In this document: one piece after another, positions 1 through 7,962 of the stretch | How positions within the stretch are numbered: position 1 is the first letter of the stretch | How the letters are laid out: every line of letters starts with the position of its first letter | Assembly: GCA_965198005.1 (NCBI GenBank) | Contig: CBDAOI010000004.1 | Span: 1,888,001-1,952,000, forward strand | Length of the DNA: 64,000 nucleotides | Direction: 5' to 3' | Source: Spirochaetia bacterium | Lineage (GTDB): Bacteria > Spirochaetota > Spirochaetia > SZUA-6 > Bin103 | Notes under the pieces: generated by a model | The model's database searches: none | Told to the model about the DNA's origin: nothing | Seen by the model: only the letters and a program-made list of their open reading frames with translations | Position numbers and translations under genes: made by a program

Positions 1-280
1 CGAACACCGACGGCGTCTGGAACTTGCGGCTGATGCCCAGGCGCGCGATCGCGTCCTGGTCGTGCGCCAGCAGATCGACCTGGTTGGCGAACTGCACCCG
101 TCCCGACACCGGCTTGACCTTGCCGCAGATCACGTCCAGCAGGGTGGTCTTGCCGGCCCCGTTGGGACCGATCAGGAACCGCAACTCCCCGGTGCGCACG
201 ATCAGGTTGACGTGATCCAGCGCCTTGAAGCCGTCGAAGTCGACCACCACCGACTCCACGTACAGGATGTCGTCGATCAT
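1..280 (-). CDS. urtD: Urea ABC transporter ATP-binding subunit, N-terminal part (runs off window edge)
   Basis: Manual translation from ATG 280: MIDDILYVESVVVDFDGFKALDHVNL...GPNGAGKTT (Walker A); ATGA overlap with urtC stop. Confidence 0.88.
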   Translation of the reverse strand, partial: MIDDILYVESVVVDFDGFKALDHVNLIVRTGELRFLIGPNGAGKTTLLDVICGKVKPVSGRVQFANQVDLLAHDQDAIARLGISRKFQTPSVF

Positions 281-1413
281 GCGCCGCTCTCCCGGGTGGA
301 AGCCGCGGCCGCCGCGGCGGAGGCGGCTGGGGCGGGAGTGCCGGCGCTCGCAGGGGTCGCCGGCGTTCCGGCCCGGGCGCCCCGCCGCAGCAGCGCGCGC
401 ACCTGGCCGGGGATGCCCACCAAACCGCGCGGAAACAGCAGCACGACGCCGATGAACAGGGCGCCGAACACGTACAGCCACATCTCGGGCAGCGACTCGC
501 TGAATACGGTCTTGGCCCAGTTGATCACCAGCGCGCCCAGCGCCGCGCCGAAGATGGTGCCGCGGCCGCCCACCGCGACCGCGATCGCCAGCTCCACCGA
601 CGGCAGGATGCCCATCCCCGACGGGCTGATGATCCCCACCTGCGGCACGAACAGCGCGCCCGCCAAGCCGGCGATGCCCGCCGACAGCGCGAACGTCACC
701 ACCTTGTAGCGCACCGGGTTGTAGCCCAGGAAGCGCAGCCGGTTCTCGCCGTCGCGGATCGCCACCAGCACGGTTCCGGTCTTGGTGCCCACCAGCCAGC
801 GGGCGAACACGATCACGCCCAGCAGGGTGAGCACGGTGATCAGGTAGAGCCCGAGCCTGGTGCCCGAACTGTAGAGCGACAGTCCGGCCACGGCGCGGAA
901 GTTGGTGATGCCGTTGGTGCCGCCCGTGAACGGCTGCTGGCCGATGAACAGGATGGTCATGGCCAACGCCAGCGCCTGGGTCAGAATCGAGAAGTACACC
1001 CCCTTGATGCCGGCGCGGAAGGTGGGGTAGCCCACCACCAGGGCGAACGCCACCGGGATCACCACCGCCATCGGCAGCGCGAACGCGAAGTGCCGGAACG
1101 GCTCCCAGAACCAGGGCAGCCGCTCCAGGCCGCTCCACACCATGAAGTCCGGCAGCTCCTCCGACTGCAGCTTCATGTGCATCGCCATGCTGTACGCGCC
1201 GAGACTGAAGAACACGCCGTGTCCCAGGCTCAATACGCCGGCGTAGCCCCACAGCAGGTCGAGGCCGACCGCGGCCACCGCGAACGTCAGGTATTTGCCC
1301 ACCAGAGCAAGGCGGAAGTCGGACAGCAGCAGCGGCATCGCCAGCAGCACCCCGGCCACCACCGCCAGTCCCACGTAGCTCCAGCGGGCCGCCGGTACGG
1401 GCGTCGTGTCCAT
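277..1413 (-). CDS. urtC: Urea ABC transporter permease
   Basis: LDLLWGYAGVLSLGHGVFF, LPDFMVWSG, GVYFSILTQAL, TGGTNGIT motifs; start taken at MDTTP. Confidence 0.9.
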   Translation of the reverse strand: MDTTPVPAARWSYVGLAVVAGVLLAMPLLLSDFRLALVGKYLTFAVAAVGLDLLWGYAGVLSLGHGVFFSLGAYSMAMHMKLQSEELPDFMVWSGLERLPWFWEPFRHFAFALPMAVVIPVAFALVVGYPTFRAGIKGVYFSILTQALALAMTILFIGQQPFTGGTNGITNFRAVAGLSLYSSGTRLGLYLITVLTLLGVIVFARWLVGTKTGTVLVAIRDGENRLRFLGYNPVRYKVVTFALSAGIAGLAGALFVPQVGIISPSGMGILPSVELAIAVAVGGRGTIFGAALGALVINWAKTVFSESLPEMWLYVFGALFIGVVLLFPRGLVGIPGQVRALLRRGARAGTPATPASAGTPAPAASAAAAAASTRESGA

Positions 1414-1424
1414 CGCGTCGATCC

Positions 1425-2330
1425 CTACGTCTCCAGCGCCCGGGTGCGCCGGATCAGGAAGCCGGATGGGCGGTACTGGAGGAACAGCACGATCAGCGCA
1501 AACATGATCACCTTGCCCATCGAGGAGGTGGTGATGAACTCGAACAGCGGGCTGGCGGTCCCGATCAGCACGGCGCCCGCCACCGCGCCGGCGACCGAGC
1601 CCACGCCGCCGAGCACCACCACCATGAACGAGTCGATGATCCAGTTCTGGCCGGTGGACGGCCCGACCGAGCCGAGCAGGCTGACCACGCAGCCCGCCAC
1701 GCCGGCCAGCCCGCTGCCCAGGGCGAAGCTGCGCGCATCGACGCGCGCGGTGTTGATGCCCAGCGCCGCGGCCATCGAACGGTTCTGCATCACCGCCCGC
1801 ATGCTGCAGCCGGGCCGCGTACGGTTGAGAAACAGGAAGGTGCCCGCCACGCACAGCGCCGCGATGACGATGATGAACAGCCGGTTGGTGGGGAGTTGCA
1901 GCCCCTCCGCCAGATACAGGCCGCCTTGCAGCCACTCCGGGGTGCGCACCTCCACGTTGGAGGCGCCGAACACGTTGCGGGCGAGCTGCTGCAGGATCAG
2001 GCTCAGCCCCCAGGTGGCGAGGATGCTCTCGAACGGCCGGCCATACAGGAAGCGGATCAGCGAGCGCTCGGTGCCGTAGCCAAGCGCGGCGGTCACCACG
2101 AACGCCAGCACCAGCGCTACCAGGAACCAGCTTCCGCCGCCGAGCGCGTCGTGCAGGAGGCGGTCGACCACGTAGGCGGTGTACGCGCCCACCATCAGGA
2201 ACTCGCCGTGGGCGAAGTTGATCACGCCCATGATCCCGAACGTGATGCTCAGGCCGAGCGCTACCATCAACAGCACGCTGCTGATGCTCAGGCTGTTGAA
2301 CAGTTGCATTCCGACCGTGGTCAGCGTCAC
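1425..2330 (-). CDS. urtB: Urea ABC transporter permease
   Basis: GLSITFGIMGVINFAHGEFLMVGAY, LYGRPFESILATWGLSL motifs. Confidence 0.9.
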   Translation of the reverse strand: MTLTTVGMQLFNSLSISSVLLMVALGLSITFGIMGVINFAHGEFLMVGAYTAYVVDRLLHDALGGGSWFLVALVLAFVVTAALGYGTERSLIRFLYGRPFESILATWGLSLILQQLARNVFGASNVEVRTPEWLQGGLYLAEGLQLPTNRLFIIVIAALCVAGTFLFLNRTRPGCSMRAVMQNRSMAAALGINTARVDARSFALGSGLAGVAGCVVSLLGSVGPSTGQNWIIDSFMVVVLGGVGSVAGAVAGAVLIGTASPLFEFITTSSMGKVIMFALIVLFLQYRPSGFLIRRTRALET

Positions 2331-2448
2331 CTGAGTCTCCTGCCTCCTGGTTACGGTCTCCGGTTACGGTGCGGCGCCGGCCATGCCGCCTGGCGCCGCC
2401 TCCCGTACCGTCAGTCGTTGCGCGAGTCGGGATCGCGGCGTTACTTCG

Positions 2449-3690
2449 CTACTTGCGCGGCCCCATCATCCCCGGCTCGATCACGTCCTCGTCGGGCGAG
2501 ATCAGCTCGGGATACGGGTCCGGCCGCACCGGCACACCGGTCGACCAGAGAATGTCGAACTGGCCGTCGGACTTGACCGACCCGATCTGGACGATCTTCC
2601 AGGTGTGGTTGTTCACCGGGTCGATCTTGACCATCCCTTCGGGGGCCGCGTACTCCACGCCGCGCAGCGCCATCCGCACCTCGGCGGTAGCCGCGGTGCC
2701 TGCCTTCCTTACCGCCTCGGCCCACAGGTAGACGCCGAAGTAGCCCGCTTCGATCGGGTCGTCGGTCACGCGGTCGGCGCCGTAGGCGGCCTTGTAGCGC
2801 TCGACGAAGCCGGCGTTGTTGGGACTGTCCATGCTCTGGAAGTAATTCCAGGCCGCCAGATGCCCTTCGATGTTCGCCGCCCCGATCCCCTTGATCTCCT
2901 CTTCGGCAACGCTGACCGACATCACCGGAATATCATCGGGACCGATGCCCGCGGCCTTGAGCTGCTTGAAGAACGCGACGTTGCTGTCGCCGTTGAGCGT
3001 GTTGAAGATCACGTCCGGGGCCGCCGCCTGGATTTTGTTGATCACGGTGGCGTATTCGGTGTGGCCGAGCGGCGTGTATTCCTCCGCCACCGTGGTGCCG
3101 CCCTCCGCCTCGAGCTGGATCTTGATGATCTTGTTGGCGGTGCGCGGGAACACGTAGTCGGAGCCGAGCAGGAAGAACCTGGTGCCCTTCTCCTGCAGCA
3201 GCCACGATACCGCCGGCATGATCTGCTGATTGGGCGCGGCGCCGGTGTAGATGATGTTCTTGGACGCCTCCAGACCCTCGTACTGCACCGGGTAGAACAG
3301 CAGGTGATCGAGACCTTCGAACACCGGCAGGACCGCCTTGCGGCTGGCCGAGGTCCAGCAGCCGAACACGACCGCGACTTCATCGCGCTCGATCAGCTTG
3401 CGCGCCTTCTCCGCGAACGTCGGCCAGTCGGACGCGCCGTCCTCGATGATCGGCACGATCTGCTTGCCGAGCAGGCCGCCCGCCTCGTTGATCTCGTTGA
3501 TGGCGAGAATCGTGGCGTCCTTCACCGCCACTTCGCTGATCGACATCGTGCCGCTCAGGGAGTGCAGGACGCCGACCTTGATCACGTCGCCCGCATCCTC
3601 GCCGTCGCCGCGCGCGAACAGCGCGAACGGGAGGAGCAGGGCGAGACCGGTTACGAGCAGTGCCCGTAGAATTCGCATGTTTGCCTCCAT
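2449..3690 (-). CDS. urtA: Urea/short-chain amide ABC transporter substrate-binding protein
   Basis: [43 protein letters not shown]; signal peptide; start may be ATG 3678. Confidence 0.93.
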   Translation of the reverse strand: MEANMRILRALLVTGLALLLPFALFARGDGEDAGDVIKVGVLHSLSGTMSISEVAVKDATILAINEINEAGGLLGKQIVPIIEDGASDWPTFAEKARKLIERDEVAVVFGCWTSASRKAVLPVFEGLDHLLFYPVQYEGLEASKNIIYTGAAPNQQIMPAVSWLLQEKGTRFFLLGSDYVFPRTANKIIKIQLEAEGGTTVAEEYTPLGHTEYATVINKIQAAAPDVIFNTLNGDSNVAFFKQLKAAGIGPDDIPVMSVSVAEEEIKGIGAANIEGHLAAWNYFQSMDSPNNAGFVERYKAAYGADRVTDDPIEAGYFGVYLWAEAVRKAGTAATAEVRMALRGVEYAAPEGMVKIDPVNNHTWKIVQIGSVKSDGQFDILWSTGVPVRPDPYPELISPDEDVIEPGMMGPRK

Positions 3691-3715
3691 ACGTTTGTTT
3701 GTTGTTGCTGCCTCT

Positions 3716-3733
3716 AAGCAAACGGCGTGCCAA
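3716..3733 (-). promoter_or_regulatory. Sigma-54 (RpoN) -24/-12 promoter of the urt operon
   Basis: Minus strand reads TTGGCACG-CCGT-TTGCTT, matching the YTGGCACG-N4-TTGCW consensus, about 30-40 nt upstream of urtA. Confidence 0.85.
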
Positions 3734-3780
3734 CCTGGTTTCGGGCGGCTCAGGCGGTTGGTCTGAAGGTGCTTGGGGAG

Positions 3781-3835
3781 CGTTCATACATTTGCGTACG
3801 ACTTCGGGGCGGCGAGCTACGAAAATGTATGAATG
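3781..3835. promoter_or_regulatory. AT-rich inverted repeat, candidate upstream activator site
   Basis: TTCATACATTT (3783-3793) and AAATGTATGAA (3823-3833) are perfect 11-bp arms, 50-100 bp upstream of the sigma-54 box. Confidence 0.55.
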
Positions 3836-3860
3836 TTTCGCGGGACAGCGACGCTCTCGG

Positions 3861-4855
3861 TCAGCGGGCGACGCGCCAGTAGCGTTCGTGCAGAGGGGTG
3901 GGGCCGGAAGGCTGGGGCGGAGCTGCCTGCACCGCGGACGGGTCGGCGCCGGCTGACTCTCGCTCCACGTCGCTGGCGGCCGGCGCGCCGGCGCAGGCGG
4001 CAAGCGCCTGTCGCAGCCGCTCGGCATCGCCGTACAACGGCCGAATCTGCGACCTGTACCGGCCGATCGCTTCGATCTTCGCCGCGAACACGGAGTCGAT
4101 GCGCACCAGCTCCGGGATGAGCGTGAACGGCAGGCGGTGGCGGCCGGTGCGCCCGCGCCGGAATCTGGTAGCGAGGAAGGCAGTGAGGAGGACTCGCCCC
4201 AGGCCCCGCGCACCGGGGCTGAACAGCGGTATCTCCGCCAGCGCCGCCGCGGTCGCGCGGGCGCGGGCCAACGGCTGCGGCGCACGCGGCCGCCGCGCGT
4301 GGGGCGGGGCGCCGGCGATGCCGAGTTGCTCCAGTCGGTGCTCCAGAAGATGGGGAACGCAGACGTAGGGGACGTCCTCATAGAGGCGCACCGCGCGGGT
4401 GGGGAAGCGCAAGCCGGCGTGGAACACCAGTTGATGATCGACGTGGTTGCCGATCGCGAGCGGGAAATACAGGGCGGCTGCGGGCCAGCGCCGGACGATG
4501 CGGTCCACCGCCACGCTCAGGGCGGCGGCCAAGTCTGCTTCGCGGCGCGGCGCCGCCGGCGCGGTGATACCCGGTAGGGAACGGTAACGCCGCCGCCGCT
4601 GGATCGCGTCCGGAAACTCCAGCCAGCGGTAGTCGGCGCCAAGTGCTTCCAGCGCACGGCGGTCCTCCTGCCGGCGCGCCGCGACCTCCCGGAACGGGGC
4701 CAGGGTGGTAGCCGCCGCCGGTTTGCGCCCGGCCTGCTCTCCCGCGAACACGGTCACCACCAGCACTGCCGCGCCGGCGGCGCGCTGGCGTGCGATGCGG
4801 CCCGCGCACGACAGCACCGCGTCGTCCAGATGGGGCGAGAAGTAGATGTGCCCAT
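3861..4855 (-). CDS. PIG-L/LmbE family deacetylase
   Basis: SPHLDDAVLSC, RRQED and GNHVDH metal-binding motifs; no in-frame start near the domain, ATG at 4855 is one base out of frame. Confidence 0.75.
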
Positions 4856-4907
4856 AGTCGGCAGGCGCCGGGCGCTGGTGTACGCTTACGGGTGACGGCT
4901 CTCGGTT

Positions 4908-6179
4908 GTGCGGGTCTGCATCGTTTCCCTCGGTACCCTCGGCGACGTCTTGCCGCTGTGCGCGCTCGGCGCGGGCTTGGCGCGGGCCGGCCACCGCGTG
5001 CAGGTGGCCACCCACGGCCCCTATCGCGGTTGCGTGGAACGGCTTGGTCTGGCGCACGCACCGATGGCGATCGATCCCGCCGGCCTGTTGCAGGGCGCCG
5101 GCGGCCGTGCCTGGCTCGCCTCGCGCAACAACCCGCTGCGCTTCGTCGGCGGCCTGGCGCGCGCCGTGCGGCCGGCGATTGCGCAGCTCGCCCGCGACGC
5201 GTGGGCGGCGTGCGCCGGGGCCGACGCGGTGGTGTACAACCCGCTGGGCATGGTCGGGCACCACGTGGGCGAGAAGCTCGGGGTCCCCACCTTCCTCGCC
5301 GCCCTGCAGCCGGTCATGCCGACGCGCGCCTTTCCCAGCGTGCTGGCGCCGGCTCGGCTGCAGTTGGGCGGCCGCTACAACCGCGTCAGCCACCTGGTCA
5401 CCGAGCAGGCATTCTGGCAGCCGTGGCGGCACGAGTTCAACCGGGCGCGGCGTGACCTGCTCGGTCTGCCGCCGCTCCCGCTCGGCGGCATCGGCCCGGA
5501 GCTGCGCCGGCAGCGCACGCCGCATCTGTACGGCTTCAGCCCGGTTGTGGTGCCGCCGCCGGCCGACTGGCCCGCCTGGGCGCACGTGACCGGCTACTGG
5601 TTCCCGGCGACCGCGCAGCTCTGGGAGGTGCCGCCGGGGCTGGAGGAGTTTCTGGCCGCCGGCGATCCCCCGGTGTGCGTGGGGTTCAGCAGCCTGAGGC
5701 TGGCGGAGGCGCGGTCGTTTACCGAGGTCGTGGTCGGCGCGCTGCGCCGGGTGGGGCGGCGCGGAGTGCTGCTGGAGGGGTGGGGCGCGCTGGCCATCCC
5801 GCCGGAGCTGCGCGGCAGCGACCTGTTCGTCACCCCAGCGGTCCCGCACGAGTACCTGTTCGAACGGGTGGCCGCGGTGGTCCATCCGGGCGGCGCCGGC
5901 ACCAGCGCCGCCACCCTGCGCGCCGGGGTCCCCTCGGTGGTGCTGCCGGCGTTCTCGGACCAGTACTTCTGGTCCCGGCGGTTGTGGCGGCTGGGCGTAA
6001 CGCCGCCGCCGCTACGCTGGCGCGGCCTCACCCCGCAGCGGCTCGCCGACGCGCTCGCAACCGCTCTCTCCAGCCCTGCCGTCCGCAACGCCGCGGCCGC
6101 CGCCCGCGACCGCGTGCGCGCGGAGGATGGCGTCGCCACCGCGGTAGCCACCCTCGACCGCTACCTCGACTCCGGCTGA
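4908..6179 (+). CDS. GT-B glycosyltransferase, GT1/GT28-like (sterol glucosyltransferase type)
   Basis: GTLGDVLP N-terminal motif; VPHEYLF...VVHPGGAGT...AGVPSVVLPAFSDQYFW nucleotide-sugar motif. Confidence 0.88.
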   Translation: MRVCIVSLGTLGDVLPLCALGAGLARAGHRVQVATHGPYRGCVERLGLAHAPMAIDPAGLLQGAGGRAWLASRNNPLRFVGGLARAVRPAIAQLARDAWAACAGADAVVYNPLGMVGHHVGEKLGVPTFLAALQPVMPTRAFPSVLAPARLQLGGRYNRVSHLVTEQAFWQPWRHEFNRARRDLLGLPPLPLGGIGPELRRQRTPHLYGFSPVVVPPPADWPAWAHVTGYWFPATAQLWEVPPGLEEFLAAGDPPVCVGFSSLRLAEARSFTEVVVGALRRVGRRGVLLEGWGALAIPPELRGSDLFVTPAVPHEYLFERVAAVVHPGGAGTSAATLRAGVPSVVLPAFSDQYFWSRRLWRLGVTPPPLRWRGLTPQRLADALATALSSPAVRNAAAAARDRVRAEDGVATAVATLDRYLDSG

Positions 6180-6420
6180 AGCGGTGCGCCCGCAGTGTCG
6201 GTACGCCATCTTCCCGGCCATGCGCCCGCCGCCGCGGATGCCCGCTGGCTGCCGCTGCCGTCGCTTGACACAATTGCGTGACATCACGATTGTGCCGATA
6301 GCGGTAGGTATCCGGAAGGAGGAGTGTGCGCTATGCTCTTGCCAAGCAGTTTGGGACAGGGGTGGTCAAACGTGGCCGGCGCAGACGGGCGCGACCGCAA
6401 GGAAGAACGGTTGCCAAGTG

Positions 6421-6828
6421 ATGAGCGAGTACAGTAGACGCCTTCCAGGGTTTGTAAGGTGGCAGCGCGGTGCCGATACGCACACTTTGCATTTGCGGGT
6501 CCTGGGCTATGAGGAAGATCGTGAATGGTGTGCGTTGTGCTTGGAAATGGATCTTCGCGGATATGGCGCGACATTTGAAGATGCAATGGAAGAACTTCAT
6601 GACGCAATTGTGAACCAATTCACGTTTGCCATGCAAATGAACAAGCCTGAATTGTTGTTGTGCACCGCAGAGCAGAAGTACCATGCCATGTACGCTCGGA
6701 CTAAACGGAAAGCGCTGATTGACTACGTAACAGGTGCGCCTGAGTCAGAAACACGGCATCAGATTAGCGAGCTTCCAATTCCTTCGGCAGACGAAATACC
6801 ACGCGAAATCGTGTATGTCCAAGCCTAA
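6421..6828 (+). CDS. HicB-like antitoxin
   Basis: WCALCLEMDLRGYGATFEDAMEELHDAI resembles the HicB partial RNase H fold; lies in a lower-GC patch next to a HicA-like remnant. Confidence 0.65.
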   Translation: MSEYSRRLPGFVRWQRGADTHTLHLRVLGYEEDREWCALCLEMDLRGYGATFEDAMEELHDAIVNQFTFAMQMNKPELLLCTAEQKYHAMYARTKRKALIDYVTGAPESETRHQISELPIPSADEIPREIVYVQA

Positions 6829-7005
6829 GAGCTTGACATGCAGAAACGTGGGAAGGGTAGCGAGAGAATGATCTACCATCCCGACGTCAATGGAATAGCA
6901 CGGTCGTACCCGTTACCTTGTCACGATGAAGCTTCTGAAGTAAAGAAAGGGCACTTGTCTGCGATCCGTAGACGGTTTAGTCTACCCTCCAATATCTTCC
7001 ACTGA
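6815..7005 (+). pseudogene. HicA-like toxin, internally deleted and frameshifted
   Basis: ATG 6815 gives MSKPKSLTCR then leaves frame; frame 6838-7005 gives QKRGKGSERMIYHPD...PCHDEASEVKKGHLSAIRRRF (HicA-like); N-terminal helix missing. Confidence 0.6.
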
Positions 7006-7048
7006 TTGTTCCGGAACGCCGCGTCGACCGAACCCGGTGGCGCACCGC

Positions 7049-7816
7049 CTAGACGAGGCGGCCGGTGCGGGGGCTGCGCAGGTCCAGCTCGAGCAGCTTG
7101 AAGAACCAGCGTTCGCCGGTGAGTCGGGTCCAGAGCGAGAACGGCCGCACTTCGATCAGCTTGAAGCCGTACAGGGTCAGCACCCGGTTGGAGATATAGT
7201 CTTGATTTTCCGGCTCCGGGATCTGGCCGTGGACTCCGGCCACTCCGGCGGCGCGCAGGTGCTGGAACAGCGCGTCGCCGAGACGCACCAGGCAGATGTA
7301 GACCGCCCGCCCGCGCCCGCCGCGCAGCTCCCGGGCGACCCCGACGTGCAGATGGGCGGGGAATCGCCGCAGATCGGTCACCGGCACCTCGTGCCCGGCC
7401 CGGGTCAGCGCCCACCAGATGGTGCGGTAGCTCGCCATGCGGCGGAAACCCCCGGTGAGCGCCCGCAGCAGCAGGCGCGCCACCAGCCGCGGCCCGTAGC
7501 GGCACAGCACCGTCCGGTGGTAGCGGCGGGTGTCCTTGCAGCCGAGGATGTAGCCCACCACGCGGCCGGCGCGCTCGGCCACGAAGCACGAGTCCGGCTC
7601 GTAGCGCAGGTAGTAGTCCATGAACAGGGTCAACACGACGGCGTCGTCCTCCAGGAAGCGGCTGGTGGGACGGCCGCGGAAGCCGGAGGTGAGGATGATC
7701 CGGCGGATTGCGGCGCGGTCGCGCGGGCGGTAGCGGCGGACGCGGATGCGGGTGCCGGCCGCGGCGTCCAGGCGCCGGTCCTGTTGCCACACCCGGTCCG
7801 GGGAGCGGGGACTCAT
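7049..7816 (-). CDS. GNAT-like acetyltransferase
   Basis: VRRYRPRDRAAIRRI, YYLRYEPDSCFVAERAGRVVGYILG, FPAHLHVGV. Confidence 0.75.
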   Translation of the reverse strand: MSPRSPDRVWQQDRRLDAAAGTRIRVRRYRPRDRAAIRRIILTSGFRGRPTSRFLEDDAVVLTLFMDYYLRYEPDSCFVAERAGRVVGYILGCKDTRRYHRTVLCRYGPRLVARLLLRALTGGFRRMASYRTIWWALTRAGHEVPVTDLRRFPAHLHVGVARELRGGRGRAVYICLVRLGDALFQHLRAAGVAGVHGQIPEPENQDYISNRVLTLYGFKLIEVRPFSLWTRLTGERWFFKLLELDLRSPRTGRLV

Positions 7817-7962
7817 GGCGCCGGCCAGCATACCACCGCGGCGGTTGGCGCGCGCGCCGGGCGCGGGGGGCGGGTCGGCCGCGGCGGGCGCGAGGGATGG
7901 GTCGGCTGCGCCGGGCGTCCCCGGGATGCGCGCGCGGGGTGGGGTAGCGTGGGCGGCGGCGC

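Noticed and set aside
4856-5885. Long N-terminal extension of the PIG-L ORF
   Set aside because: Overlaps the glycosyltransferase on the opposite strand; low-complexity translation
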